A stretch of 64,000 bases of DNA from Thermoplasmata archaeon (GCA_022750435.1 JAKIVS010000001.1:221703-285702), one strand, 5' to 3'; counted from the first letter of the stretch, positions 18,703 to 28,775 are shown. Made by a program: numbers and translations. Notes: generated by a model not told the origin, from the sequence alone.

Positions 18703-20123
18703 ACCGTCGCCGCTCCCGCCCCGTCGTCGTCAAGTTCGGCGGCGCGGCACTCGCCGACGTCGCCGCCGTGGCCGCCCGGATCCGGAGCCTCTCCTCCGAC
18801 GGCGCACCGCTCGTGGTGGTCGTGTCCGCGCGGGAAGGGGTCACCGACCGGCTCCTCGCGGCGTGCGAGCCCAGGGCCACGAGCGCCGGCATCGACCGGA
18901 CCCTCCGATGGGTGCGCGACCGTCACCCAGGTTCCGGCGTCGCCGGCGAACGGCACCTCGCCGAGCTCGAACGCGGCCTCCGCAGCGGGGCGGTCGGTTC
19001 CCCCGCTCGCACCGACCGGATCCTGGCGATCGGAGAACGGCTCGCGGTCGACTGGCTCGTGCCCGCCTTGCGTTCGTTGGGGATCGACTGTGTCGGCGTA
19101 GACGCCGCCGCGCTCGGCTTGTGGACGGACGGTCGTCACGGTGGGGCGCTCATCGACCTCGACCAGTCCCGGGGTCCGGTGCGCGCGGGACTCGGCGCCC
19201 TGCTGGCGCGCGGCACCGTCCCGATCGTCACCGGATTCCTTGGACGCGGACGGCACGGAGAGCCGGTCACGTTGGGCCGGGGCGGTTCGGACTACTCGGC
19301 GAGCGCCATCGCGGCCCTCCTGGAGGCCCGCTTCGTGGAGTTGATGAAGCCCGAAGCCTCGATCCTCTCCGCCGACCCTTCGATGGTGTCGGCGGCCCGT
19401 CCGATTCCCTACCTCACGTACGCCGAAGCGGAGGAGCTGGCCGAGTTCGGGGCTCGCGTTCTCCACCCGATGACCGTCGAACCGGCGCGCCGGCACGGAG
19501 TCGAGATCCGGGTCCGCTCGATGCGGCGACCGGACGAACTCACCGTCGTCGGTCCCGCGGCCGCGGCATCCGTCGGCGTGCGAGCGCTGACCCTCTCCCC
19601 GACGGTCCACTTGTTCCGACTGCGATTCCCGGGCGGCCGGCGACGCCCGGGCGTTCTCGCCGAGTTGTGCGCGCGGCTCGCCGAGGCCGGGGTGCCCGTC
19701 CTGCAGGCGTTCACCTCGGCCGCTGTCGTCTCGGTCGTGGTGGAGACCCATCGGAGTTCGAGCGCCGGGCCGGTGTTGGGCCGATTGGTCGAGGCCCGGG
19801 GGGCGCACCTGGAACCCGCCGTCCCGGTCGTCCTCCTCGCCGCCGTCGGGTCCGGAGCGATTCGGGAACTCGCCCGCGTTCCTCCCGAGGTTCTCGCGGT
19901 GGGGCGGGGAGTCAGCGCGACCCGCGCGAGCGTGACGATCGCCGTGCCGGTCGAAGACGGGCAGCGCGCGCTCCGAGCCCTCCACACCGTCCTAATCGAG
20001 CGGGGGCCGACGCTCCGGCGAGCCCGGCCCGCGGTCCGTCGTCCTTTTGGCCCCCGACCGGGTCGCGCCCCCCGCCCGAGCCCGGCAGCGCGCCGACGTT
20101 CGGGAGGCAAGGCTCCTGCGTGA
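18699..20123 (+). CDS. Aspartate kinase
   Basis: VVVKFGGAALADVAAV...VVVVSAREGVTDRLL amino-acid kinase fold. C-terminal ACT-like region plus an Arg/Pro-rich tail. ATGA overlap with asd. Confidence 0.75.
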   Translation: MNRRRSRPVVVKFGGAALADVAAVAARIRSLSSDGAPLVVVVSAREGVTDRLLAACEPRATSAGIDRTLRWVRDRHPGSGVAGERHLAELERGLRSGAVGSPARTDRILAIGERLAVDWLVPALRSLGIDCVGVDAAALGLWTDGRHGGALIDLDQSRGPVRAGLGALLARGTVPIVTGFLGRGRHGEPVTLGRGGSDYSASAIAALLEARFVELMKPEASILSADPSMVSAARPIPYLTYAEAEELAEFGARVLHPMTVEPARRHGVEIRVRSMRRPDELTVVGPAAAASVGVRALTLSPTVHLFRLRFPGGRRRPGVLAELCARLAEAGVPVLQAFTSAAVVSVVVETHRSSSAGPVLGRLVEARGAHLEPAVPVVLLAAVGSGAIRELARVPPEVLAVGRGVSATRASVTIAVPVEDGQRALRALHTVLIERGPTLRRARPAVRRPFGPRPGRAPRPSPAARRRSGGKAPA

Positions 20124-20767
20124 AGACGTTCGTCAAGCTCTCCGGACTCACCGACCTCGACTCCGTCCGACTCGTCCCCGACGGGGGGGCCGCCGGGTTC
20201 CTCGTGGGGGTCCCAGGCTCTCCCCGCAACCTCGCCCCGGCCCGCGCCGCGGAGCTCGTGGCCGAGGTTCCGGCGGGCGCGGAGGTGTGGGCCGTCGCGC
20301 GCGCCCCCTCCGCCGAGCTGATCCACCAATTGTTCGACGAGGTCGGCGTCGACCGCGTTCAGGTGTTCGGCCCGGTCCCGGAGGGGCTCGAGTTCCTCGA
20401 GATGCACCACCTCGTACCGTCGCTCGCCATCCCTCGGGCCGGTACGGAAGGCGCCGAGCCGAAGGTACCTCCGGCCGAAGATTTCTCCCGGTTGCATCTC
20501 GACGCCGTCGGCGACCCGGCCATGGACGGAAGTGCCGAGCGACCGGACTGGGAAATGTGCGCCCGCATCGTGGACGGGCAACCGGGTCGGAAGCTCACCC
20601 TCGCGGGGGGTCTCACGGCCGAGAACGTGGCGGAGGCGTTGGCGGCGGTCCGGCCCTGGGGCGTGGACGTTACCGTCGGGGTCGAGATGGCTCCGGGCCG
20701 CAGCGACCCGGCGCGAGTGGCGGCGTTCCTCGCCGCCCTCGAGACGACCGAGTCCGGCGGGGCCTGA
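20120..20767 (+). CDS. trpF: N-(5'-phosphoribosyl)anthranilate isomerase
   Basis: GTG start overlapping the aspartate kinase stop (GTGA). VKLSGLTDLDSV...FLVGVPGSPRNL...VDRVQVFG is a TrpF TIM-barrel pattern. Confidence 0.7.
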   Translation: MKTFVKLSGLTDLDSVRLVPDGGAAGFLVGVPGSPRNLAPARAAELVAEVPAGAEVWAVARAPSAELIHQLFDEVGVDRVQVFGPVPEGLEFLEMHHLVPSLAIPRAGTEGAEPKVPPAEDFSRLHLDAVGDPAMDGSAERPDWEMCARIVDGQPGRKLTLAGGLTAENVAEALAAVRPWGVDVTVGVEMAPGRSDPARVAAFLAALETTESGGA

Positions 20768-20794
20768 CGCTCCGCAACGAGCCTTCGCGGGCGC

Positions 20795-22303
20795 CTACTC
20801 GTCGCCGCGGGCCATCACGGGGACGGCAGATTCGACTCCGCCGTGTCCCCGCTCCGGGGAGGCTGCCGGACGCCCGGTCCCCGTGGAGTTCGGGAGCCCG
20901 AAGGCACGGACCTTGCCATCGGCGCAACCCTCCACGACGACCCCGTGGCCGACCGACGGGGCGGAGAGGAATCCGGCGGGACAGGTGAACGTCTTCAGGA
21001 CGGCCCCGTTGAGGGCCTCGATCACGCTGAGCACGTGACCCGCCGGCACGAACAGGAGCCCGTTCGCCGTCGTGGGCGCACCGAATCCGCCCGAGGAGAG
21101 CGCGTCCTTCCAGATCACGTGGCCGGTGGCGGGAGCGAGCGCCTCGACGCTCCCGTTGACGAGCTTCCCGGCGACCTTCGTCTCCCGGGTGGCGACGAAT
21201 AGGAGTCCCTGCGCGAAAGCGGCCGGCTCGACCGAGCTCGCGTGGGAGAGCATCCCGTACCAGACCGGTCCCTTCGAGAGGTTCGTACGATTCAGGGTGT
21301 AGAAGAAGCCGTTCTTGTTGATCGCCCCGACGAGCGGAGCGCCCGCCCGGTCCTGGAACAGCGTCGGCGTCGCCCCGAAGTCGCCGTCGAAGATCGACTC
21401 GTTGGCCGGAACGTCCCAGTACGACTCCACCGCGAGCGTGGTGGCGTTCACGGCGATCATCGCCTGGGTGTAGTTCGTGCCGTCGGTGGCATTCGGCGGG
21501 TTCCCCGTGGTCACGTAGATGGTGTTGCGCGCCACGTCGAGCGACGGCGAACTCCAGATGCTCCCGCCGAGCATCGTGGGGGAGACCGTGCGGAACAGGT
21601 GGTCGAGGGTACCGTTCGAGGCGTCGAGCTCGTACAATCCTCCCGGAACGAGCGGCATGTCGCACAGGCTCGCCGCCCCGACGTAGACGTGACCGTCCCA
21701 GACGAGGGGGCTCGACCAGGAGTAGTACCCGTTCAGCGGCGAGCCCTGTGTGTACATCCAGACGACCTTGCCGTTCGTCGCGTTGAGGGCCCAGTAGGTG
21801 CCGTTGCCGCCGCCGACGTAGACGGTGTTCCGGTAGATGGTCGCGCTCGAGCTGACGCCGATCGTGACCTTGGTGGGGCAGTAGGCACTGACCCCGAGGA
21901 ACGTCTTCCACACGATGGCGCCCGTGAGGAGGTTGTACGCCGTGAAGTTCCCGTCCCACGAGCCGATGTAGGTCCGGTCGCCGACGATGGCCGCCGACGC
22001 GGCGACGGACCGGTGCGTGGTGGCATTCCACAGCTCCACCATTGAAGGGGCGTTCGACACGTTGAGGACGTCGTCGCCGATGTTCGCCGACGTGCGCTGG
22101 TCGTTTTGCAGGTACGTCGGCCAGTCGTGACCGGGAAGGACCGTGGGCGTGGACAGGGAGGCGAGGTGCGCGCTCGGTCCCGCCCCGCTTCCGACGGCGG
22201 CGACGATCGGGGAACCGAAGCCGCTGAGGAGAAGCAGGAGCGTGGCGGCCAGGGTGACGACGAGTACGGGCATCGGGGAGGGAACGCGGAACGTCATGGC
22301 CAT
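20795..22303 (-). CDS. Secreted PQQ-repeat beta-propeller glycoprotein
   Basis: Start at ATG 22303 (MAMTFRVPSPMPVLVVTLAATLLLLLSG, signal/anchor). Repeated W-containing propeller blades. More than 10 NxS/T sequons. The track ORF has an extended RG-rich N-terminus that was rejected. Confidence 0.65.
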   Translation of the reverse strand: MAMTFRVPSPMPVLVVTLAATLLLLLSGFGSPIVAAVGSGAGPSAHLASLSTPTVLPGHDWPTYLQNDQRTSANIGDDVLNVSNAPSMVELWNATTHRSVAASAAIVGDRTYIGSWDGNFTAYNLLTGAIVWKTFLGVSAYCPTKVTIGVSSSATIYRNTVYVGGGNGTYWALNATNGKVVWMYTQGSPLNGYYSWSSPLVWDGHVYVGAASLCDMPLVPGGLYELDASNGTLDHLFRTVSPTMLGGSIWSSPSLDVARNTIYVTTGNPPNATDGTNYTQAMIAVNATTLAVESYWDVPANESIFDGDFGATPTLFQDRAGAPLVGAINKNGFFYTLNRTNLSKGPVWYGMLSHASSVEPAAFAQGLLFVATRETKVAGKLVNGSVEALAPATGHVIWKDALSSGGFGAPTTANGLLFVPAGHVLSVIEALNGAVLKTFTCPAGFLSAPSVGHGVVVEGCADGKVRAFGLPNSTGTGRPAASPERGHGGVESAVPVMARGDE

Positions 22304-22371
22304 CGGGCCAGCGACTCGGCCTCTTGAAACCCATCGGTTGTCGGGCCCGACGCCCACCGATGCGACGAACG

Positions 22372-23433
22372 TTACGGACGGATCCGTTCGAGGCCGAGAA
22401 ACCGAACCGAGTTGTCGGGAGCGACCCCGGCGATCAGGAGGTCCTTGCGGACGCCCTGCGCCACCCGGACAGCCCCGGCGATCTCGGGCCACGGGGCGCG
22501 GTAGGTCGACGGGACAGCCCGCACCAGGTAGCGGGCATGCACCGTCTCCGGATTCCGTGGATACGCGCGGAGGTGCGCCCCATACTTGAACCCGGTTTTC
22601 ACGACGAGCTGACGAGAGCGCAGGACCCGGTACGTGGCGAGGCGCTCGGCGAAGCCATGCTCCAAGCGCTCGGCCCGCTGGCGGAGTCGCTCGAGCGGGA
22701 CGTCGCGTCCTCCCCGCGCGTCCTTCAACGTCAGTTGGCCCGCGTCGAGGAGGTGCGCCGCCTCCAGGAGCGACAGCTCGAGTCGCTCTCCGATCCGGCT
22801 TCCGTGGGCGAGTCCCTTTCCGAGGATGGCCACCGCCTCGTGGTCGAAGACGATCACCCGGTCCTCGGCCAGCCAACCCACCGCCGGCGCGCCCATCGTC
22901 TGGGCGGGGTGGGAGCCGACGGGCGTCGACCGGCGGAGGCGGTAGTACGTCAGGTCGGACTCCTCGTCGACGACGGCGACGAGCAACGACTTCTTCGCGC
23001 CGTGGGCGCGGTCGGCGAGCGCTTCGAGCTCCGCGAGGTCGAACGGCTGCCGCTCGGAGTAGGTGGCGACCCAGAACTTCGCGGGACTCTTGTTCAGGAT
23101 TCCGCCGCGAGGCAGCACCGCGAACGCGGTCGGCGGGGGCGAGCGTCGGACCACGTAGCCCCGCTGGCGCAGGTCCCGGTACACGATGTATCGGACCCCG
23201 AACCCCCGCTCCGAGCGCGCGGCGCGGCGGAACAGGTCGGGCCAGGCCACCGTCCGACCGCGGCCGTCGGTCACGGCGAGCCGCGCCATCTCGACGAGGT
23301 AGACGGTCTCGTACCGGTCGAGGGCGAGGCCGTCGCGGTCGGGCGTCCCGAAGAATCCCCGGCCGTACACCGTCCCGGCGTCGGTCGGCTCCGCGACCCG
23401 GGAGGTCGCGTCGCGCCCGAGGACCGCGCTCAC
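22372..23433 (-). CDS. endA: tRNA-splicing endonuclease (duplicated-domain, homodimeric-type EndA)
   Basis: Degenerate N-terminal repeat YIVYRDLRQRGYVVR plus C-terminal catalytic domain KTGFKYGAHLRAY. Confidence 0.75.
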   Translation of the reverse strand: MSAVLGRDATSRVAEPTDAGTVYGRGFFGTPDRDGLALDRYETVYLVEMARLAVTDGRGRTVAWPDLFRRAARSERGFGVRYIVYRDLRQRGYVVRRSPPPTAFAVLPRGGILNKSPAKFWVATYSERQPFDLAELEALADRAHGAKKSLLVAVVDEESDLTYYRLRRSTPVGSHPAQTMGAPAVGWLAEDRVIVFDHEAVAILGKGLAHGSRIGERLELSLLEAAHLLDAGQLTLKDARGGRDVPLERLRQRAERLEHGFAERLATYRVLRSRQLVVKTGFKYGAHLRAYPRNPETVHARYLVRAVPSTYRAPWPEIAGAVRVAQGVRKDLLIAGVAPDNSVRFLGLERIRP

Positions 23434-23957
23434 CGCGGGGACCCTCGCAACTCGGAGAGCGTGATGAGCGGGTCGAGACGCACCCCGAGGGTCGCGAGTC
23501 GCTCGGTCGCTCCCTGCTCCCGGTCGACCACGCAGACGACCCGGTCGACGACGCCGCCCGCGGCCCGCAGCAGTTCGACCGTTTCGGCGACGGAGCCCCC
23601 GGTCGTCGTGACGTCCTCGACGACGAGCACCCGGGCGCCGGTCGGGATCTCCCCTTCGACGCGCTGGCCGGTGCCGTGCGAGCGTCCGGCCTTGCGAACG
23701 ATCGCGTACGGGCGATGCGACGCGAGCGCCAGGGCGACGAGGATCGGGACGGCCCCGAGCTCCATGCCGGCGAGCCGTTCGGCGTCCCCGACGCGGGCGA
23801 CGAGCCGCTCGGCGATCCGCCGGAGCCGCTCGGGATCCGTGGTCGCGCGCTTCACGTCGACGTAGAGGTCGGAGGTCTGGCCGCTCGTGAGCGTGAACGT
23901 CCCGAACCGGACGGCGCCGGACTCGAGCAGGTCCTTGGCGAGCGCCGCGTCCGTCAT
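23430..23957 (-). CDS. pyrE: Orotate phosphoribosyltransferase
   Basis: PRPP-binding motif VLVVEDVTTTGGS. 175 aa. 4-nt overlap with endA. Confidence 0.85.
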   Translation of the reverse strand: MTDAALAKDLLESGAVRFGTFTLTSGQTSDLYVDVKRATTDPERLRRIAERLVARVGDAERLAGMELGAVPILVALALASHRPYAIVRKAGRSHGTGQRVEGEIPTGARVLVVEDVTTTGGSVAETVELLRAAGGVVDRVVCVVDREQGATERLATLGVRLDPLITLSELRGSPR

Positions 23958-23979
23958 CCTCGGGGACTCCTGCTCGCGG

Positions 23980-24558
23980 TCACCACGGGACCTTCTTGAG
24001 CCCGACCCAGTAGCCGACGTAGTTGAAAAGTGCGTGGAGCCCGAGGGTGTAGACGAGGAGCCACGCCACCGCCTCGAGCGAACCGAACGTCGCCACGAAC
24101 ACCGAGGGAAACAGAACGATCCCGATGCCGATCGGGACGAGGACGAACGGGAGTTGGTCGAGCAGCAGCGTACGGGCCCCGCTCTCCCGGCCGAGACGTC
24201 GCTTGACGAAGGAGCCGAGCGCGTCGCCCGTCATCGCCCCACACGCGAGGAGGAAGACGAGCGGAACGGCGGCCAGCACCGTGGCCCCGTAGACGGGGAC
24301 GATCGCAAGGTTCGGCGGTGCGGCGAGGATCAGGAACGCCTCGAGGAGTCCGAACGGCATCGCGAACAGCGTCCCGAACCAGAATCCGGACCAGCTCTTC
24401 GAGGTCCCCAGGATCCGGCGTCCGTCCCACGGCCAGGTCCGGCCGAGGTCCATCGGGGGTCCGCGTCCGCGCGGGATCGTCGCCGTGGCGTTGGCGATCA
24501 TCGCCGGGAGGAGGACCCAAAGGACGTCGATGGCGACCTTCAGGTGCGGGTCGACCAC
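23980..24558 (-). CDS. carS: CDP-archaeol synthase (CarS family)
   Basis: 192-aa polytopic membrane protein with DGRRILGTSKSWSGF, which is the CarS DGxR..G..KTW.G motif. Confidence 0.7.
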   Translation of the reverse strand: MVDPHLKVAIDVLWVLLPAMIANATATIPRGRGPPMDLGRTWPWDGRRILGTSKSWSGFWFGTLFAMPFGLLEAFLILAAPPNLAIVPVYGATVLAAVPLVFLLACGAMTGDALGSFVKRRLGRESGARTLLLDQLPFVLVPIGIGIVLFPSVFVATFGSLEAVAWLLVYTLGLHALFNYVGYWVGLKKVPW

Positions 24559-24571
24559 GGCGGTCGCCCCG

Positions 24572-26206
24572 CTACGGCTCGCGAACGAACCGCTCGATCA
24601 CCTGGGCGACGCTCGCCAGGAGGTGCGGGTCGACGCTCTCCTCCGCCTCGTGGATGTGGGCGTCGCGGTCCATGCTGCCGAACACCAGCGCGGGGAGCGG
24701 TTCCCCGGCGGGCGTCGTAAGGCCGACCAGCGAGCTCGCGTCGGTCCCGCCGTACTCTCCAAAGATTCCGGGCTCGTGGAAGTACTCGGTGCACAGTCGC
24801 TCGAGCCGACGGGCGAACGGATGGGTCGGCGAGAGCGAGTACCCGCCCCGCGCGCGCGCCAGCGGGGCATCGAACTTCGCGTGGGGGAGGAGCGTCTCGA
24901 CCTCGGTCCGGAGGCGGGCGAGCACCTCATCGCGGCCCTCGGCGAGTGCCATTTCCGGTAGAAGGCGGAGGTCGACCGAGAACGTCGCTGTCCCCCGGGC
25001 GTCGAACTTGAGGGCGCCGCGGGAGACCGCGTCGGCGAGGATGTCGAGGGTCTCCGGTACGGGGTTGGCGCCGCGGTGGGGGTACCCCCCGTGGGAGCTC
25101 AGACCGACGACCTGGACGGCGCGCGCCCCGGGGGGAACCGTGAGGGAGCTGCCCGTTGCGGCCGCCACACGGAACGGGGCATGGACGGCTCCCTCGAAGG
25201 CACGGACGGCCGCGTCCACAGCGGCCGCGTCGCCGGCCAACACGATCGTCACCGACTGGGCGATCTGATTCGCCGCATCGGTCTCGGCGTGGGCGGCCAA
25301 CAGTCGGGCCGGCCCGCCTTCGGTCCCGGTGGACTCGACGTCGAACTTCGTGACGGTCGCGCGGCCCGTGATCACCGGGTCCGGGGCGCCGTGGTCCGGC
25401 CAATCCGGCGACACGAACACCGAGCGCCACGTCTTGACGTGCTGGTGGAGCTCGACGAGGTGTTCGCCGAGCTCGAGCGTCTCCGCCGTCGTGGCGGGCT
25501 CGTCGAAGGAAGCGTCGAGGAACACGAGCCCCGAGGAGCCCGCCGTGGCATGCGGGCTCCCGTCGGGAATCAGCGCGACCTCTCCGCGCAGGAAACGCTG
25601 GGGGTCGTTCGGTCCGAGCCGGTCGTCGTGCGCCCGGAGCTGCTCGATGCCGCCGGCGCCGCCGGTCTCCTCGTCGCAGCAGACCAGAAGGCGGACGTTG
25701 CGGGGAGGCGCCTTCTCCCCGGCCATCCGGCGCATCGCGAGGAGGCTCGCCACCACGCCGCTCCCCAGGTCGTCGTTGGCACCCCGGGCGTACAGTCGGC
25801 CGTTCGACCGAAGCGTGAGCGCGTGCGGGGGCGTCTTCCAGCGTCCCTTCTGCTCCTCCGGGACCGGCACGACGTCATAGTGGGCGAGGATCAACGCCGT
25901 GGTCGGGGCCCCGACGTCGAGATCGACGATGATGTTGGGGCGCGGGATCCCACGGAGCTCCGGGTCGTGGGGGGCGTCGACGACCGGGTCGAAGATCCGC
26001 GTGTGCATGCCCCAGTCCCGGGCCGTGCGGACGATCCGGTCGGCGGCGCGCCGGTAGTTCGGCTTCTCGTACCGGTTCCGAGGGGGGTCCTCGAGGTTCG
26101 TGGGGGCGATGGCGACGAGCTCGGCGAGCAGTCGGAGGGCGTCGCCGTCGCCGAGCGCCTGGGCCGCGGACTTGGGGAGCGGCTCTCCGGACACCGGTTC
26201 CGACAT
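24572..26206 (-). CDS. M20 family metallopeptidase/deacylase (ArgE/DapE/CPG2-like)
   Basis: HYDVVPV and LLVCCDEETGGAGG metal-binding motifs. Confidence 0.65.
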   Translation of the reverse strand: MSEPVSGEPLPKSAAQALGDGDALRLLAELVAIAPTNLEDPPRNRYEKPNYRRAADRIVRTARDWGMHTRIFDPVVDAPHDPELRGIPRPNIIVDLDVGAPTTALILAHYDVVPVPEEQKGRWKTPPHALTLRSNGRLYARGANDDLGSGVVASLLAMRRMAGEKAPPRNVRLLVCCDEETGGAGGIEQLRAHDDRLGPNDPQRFLRGEVALIPDGSPHATAGSSGLVFLDASFDEPATTAETLELGEHLVELHQHVKTWRSVFVSPDWPDHGAPDPVITGRATVTKFDVESTGTEGGPARLLAAHAETDAANQIAQSVTIVLAGDAAAVDAAVRAFEGAVHAPFRVAAATGSSLTVPPGARAVQVVGLSSHGGYPHRGANPVPETLDILADAVSRGALKFDARGTATFSVDLRLLPEMALAEGRDEVLARLRTEVETLLPHAKFDAPLARARGGYSLSPTHPFARRLERLCTEYFHEPGIFGEYGGTDASSLVGLTTPAGEPLPALVFGSMDRDAHIHEAEESVDPHLLASVAQVIERFVREP

Positions 26207-26222
26207 CGTTCGACCTCCGAGC

Positions 26223-28034
26223 TCAGCGGGCGGCGAGGAGGACCACGAGCGAACTCGTCAGGAGGAGCAGGTAGGTCGTCAGGAACGCGTTCCCGAACAT
26301 CGAGACGGTGTCGCCGAGGGAGGTCAAAAGCCGTTGGGTCCAGGCCGGCTGGAGGACCCGGACCGACGCGATGGCCCGGGTCCCGCTGACGGCCGTCGCG
26401 TCGGTCAGGTCCGCGATCGCTTGCTCGACCAGGGCCTTCGCATCGCGGGCCAGCGCGGCCCCGGAGTACCGCTCGCCGACCGGATTGATCCCGCCGTCGA
26501 CCTCGTGCACGATGTGGTTGTCCGTCGTCATCACCTCGGCTTCGTCCACGAGGGGGGCCAGCGCCTCGAGGATGGGCGCGCGCAGCCCGCGCAGGAGATT
26601 GTTCCCGTCGATCAGGACGTGGGCGCTCCGACGGCCCCCGGCTTCGACGACCCAGGCCCTCAGCCCGGCCGGGCCGATCCCGTGCACCCGGACCGAATAG
26701 TCGGTGCGCGACGCCGCCCCGAATCGGAATGGACCGGCGGTGGCGGCCGTGTTGGCGGCGTCGACGGCGGCGGAGATGTCCCGCACCAGCTTCGCCGCCT
26801 TCGGCGTCGCGTAGGTGAGGTCGCCCTCCCCCTCGACGTAGGAGTTGTGCGCGTCGATGAGGGCGATCCGGGCGCCGGCCGACTCGGCCGCGCGCACCAG
26901 CGGGTCGACGACGGCGAAGTCGATGTCGTCCGTCGGCTCCGGTGCCTGGGTCACGGTCACGACGACCGCGTCGCCGAGGCGCTGGGCGCGGGCGAAGGAG
27001 TCGGGGTACGGCCGCACGAGGGGGCCCGCGCGGGCTTCGCCCGTCGCCGGGAGCGCCGCGAGAAGGGCGACCGCGGCGTCTGCGACCGCCGAGAACTCGG
27101 CACCGGTCGGCAAGTCGAGGTCGTGGTTGCACGGCGTGTGCGGGACGAACACCGTCCCGGCCGACGCTCCGAGGCGTTCGGCGAGCCGGCGGGGCAGGTC
27201 CGAGGAGCCGAGCGCGGCGAACGGTCCGGGGTGGACCGTCGGCAGGGCGATCGTGGCCTTGATCCGGCCGCCGGACCGGATGGCGAGCAAGGTGATCCGG
27301 AGGTCGGCGGGAACCGAGAACCTCGCAAAGAACCGCTCCAGTTCGGCGGTCGCTCCCGGGTCCCGGGCATTGATGTGGTCGAGCAGCGGCCGGATCAGCG
27401 CGACGCCGGAGTGGCCGAACTCCCGTCGGAGCGGCCGGTCCGCCGCGCGGAGCAGGAGCGCGCAGGCGAGGAATCCGAAGAGGAGGAAGATGAGCCCCTC
27501 GATGACGAGCGGAACGGTGGGGGACACCAGGTACAGGATCCCGAGGAACGCCAGCACGGGCTGGAGGAGAGAGGCGGGAAGGGACCGGGCGTGGTCCGGG
27601 CTCGAGATCCCGAACAGGCTCATGTGACGGAACCAGAGGACGGGGCCGAGGAGGAACACGAGGTACAATCCGACCGGTGGAAGGGCGGCGGGAATGGCGT
27701 ACACGACCAGTCGTTCGAGGGCCACGACGGGGAGCGGGATGACGGCGGAGGTTGCGGCGAGGAGGAACGACCGCCGCCAGGAGATCCGCCCTCCGAGCGC
27801 GCTGGCGACGGGGACCGTCAGCGCGCCGGCGACGAGCGCCGGCCCGAGGAACACGAGGAGAAGGACCGACCCGAACGAGTACGCCCCGTCGGAGGGGAAC
27901 GCCACGAGGGCGGCCGTGACGACGCTCGCCAGCGCCGCGTAGACGACGCAGAGCGGGAGCGAGGGGGCGCGGAACAGGAACCGCGTGAAGGCGGGCTCGG
28001 AGAACGAGCCGGGGGCGTCAGCCGCCGCGGGCAC
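26223..28034 (-). CDS. DUF2070-like archaeal membrane protein (N-terminal multi-TM plus C-terminal soluble domain)
   Basis: 603 aa. ~7 N-terminal hydrophobic helices followed by a large domain. Architecture and size match the archaeal DUF2070 family. Embedded between lipid genes. Confidence 0.45.
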   Translation of the reverse strand: MPAAADAPGSFSEPAFTRFLFRAPSLPLCVVYAALASVVTAALVAFPSDGAYSFGSVLLLVFLGPALVAGALTVPVASALGGRISWRRSFLLAATSAVIPLPVVALERLVVYAIPAALPPVGLYLVFLLGPVLWFRHMSLFGISSPDHARSLPASLLQPVLAFLGILYLVSPTVPLVIEGLIFLLFGFLACALLLRAADRPLRREFGHSGVALIRPLLDHINARDPGATAELERFFARFSVPADLRITLLAIRSGGRIKATIALPTVHPGPFAALGSSDLPRRLAERLGASAGTVFVPHTPCNHDLDLPTGAEFSAVADAAVALLAALPATGEARAGPLVRPYPDSFARAQRLGDAVVVTVTQAPEPTDDIDFAVVDPLVRAAESAGARIALIDAHNSYVEGEGDLTYATPKAAKLVRDISAAVDAANTAATAGPFRFGAASRTDYSVRVHGIGPAGLRAWVVEAGGRRSAHVLIDGNNLLRGLRAPILEALAPLVDEAEVMTTDNHIVHEVDGGINPVGERYSGAALARDAKALVEQAIADLTDATAVSGTRAIASVRVLQPAWTQRLLTSLGDTVSMFGNAFLTTYLLLLTSSLVVLLAAR

Positions 28035-28767
28035 GCCTCACCTCGCCGAGGATTCCGCGAAGGCCTTCCCCCAACCCTTCCTCCTCGGTCACCGTCCCGG
28101 TCACCAGGATCTGGGCTCCCGCCTCGAGAAGGGTTCGCGCGTCGGCGGCCGTCCGAATGCCGCCGCCGACGATCAGCGGGATGTGCAACACGTCCCGGAC
28201 CTTCCGGACCATCTCCGCCGGGACCGGGGCGGGTGCCCCGGAGCCGGCCTCGAGGTAGACCATCTTCATCCCGAGCAGCTCGGCGGCGAGCGCGTAGCCG
28301 ATGGCCACGTCGGGGGCGTCCCGGGGGACGGCGTCGACCTCCCCCACTTCGCCGACGCGCATCCCGGGGGCGATGACCAGGTAGCCGAGCGCGATCGTCT
28401 CGAGCCCCATCGCGCGGATGTGGGGCGCGGCGAGGGCATGCACCCGGATGACCAGGTCGAGGCGCCGGGAATTGAGCAGGCTCATGAACAGCACCGCATC
28501 CGCCGCGTCGGTGAGCGAGGACGGACCTTCCGGAAAGATGATCGTCGGGACGGGAACCTTCCCCTTGACGGCCCGCGCCGCCTCCGCCATCTTCTCTCGG
28601 GAGATCCCGGTCGAGCCCCCCAGGAGAATCGCATCGGAGCCGAGGGCCACCGCCCCTTCGGCGATCTCCGCCGCCTTCGCCCCGGGCGACTTGTCCGGGT
28701 CGATGAGGGTGAAGTGGAGGGGACCGGCCCGGAGCCGTTCGGTGAGGCCGTCCAGCACGCGACCCAT
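28018..28767 (-). CDS. Geranylgeranylglyceryl phosphate synthase (GGGPS, PcrB family)
   Basis: LHFTLIDPDK hallmark. TIM-barrel with GGGIRT phosphate-binding motif. Confidence 0.9.
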   Translation of the reverse strand: MGRVLDGLTERLRAGPLHFTLIDPDKSPGAKAAEIAEGAVALGSDAILLGGSTGISREKMAEAARAVKGKVPVPTIIFPEGPSSLTDAADAVLFMSLLNSRRLDLVIRVHALAAPHIRAMGLETIALGYLVIAPGMRVGEVGEVDAVPRDAPDVAIGYALAAELLGMKMVYLEAGSGAPAPVPAEMVRKVRDVLHIPLIVGGGIRTAADARTLLEAGAQILVTGTVTEEEGLGEGLRGILGEVRRARGG

Positions 28768-28775
28768 CGTTCGAG

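Noticed and set aside
12410-20123. Over-extended operon ORFs 12410..14440, 13932..16565 and 18126..20123
   Set aside because: The 5' extensions are out-of-frame overlaps of the upstream gene. Homology-anchored ATG starts in ATGA overlaps were used instead.
20795-22876. 693-aa version of the PQQ-propeller ORF and the 554-aa ORF 20670..22334
   Set aside because: The N-terminal 191 codons are RG-rich with no signal peptide. The internal ATG at 22303 gives a classic signal sequence.
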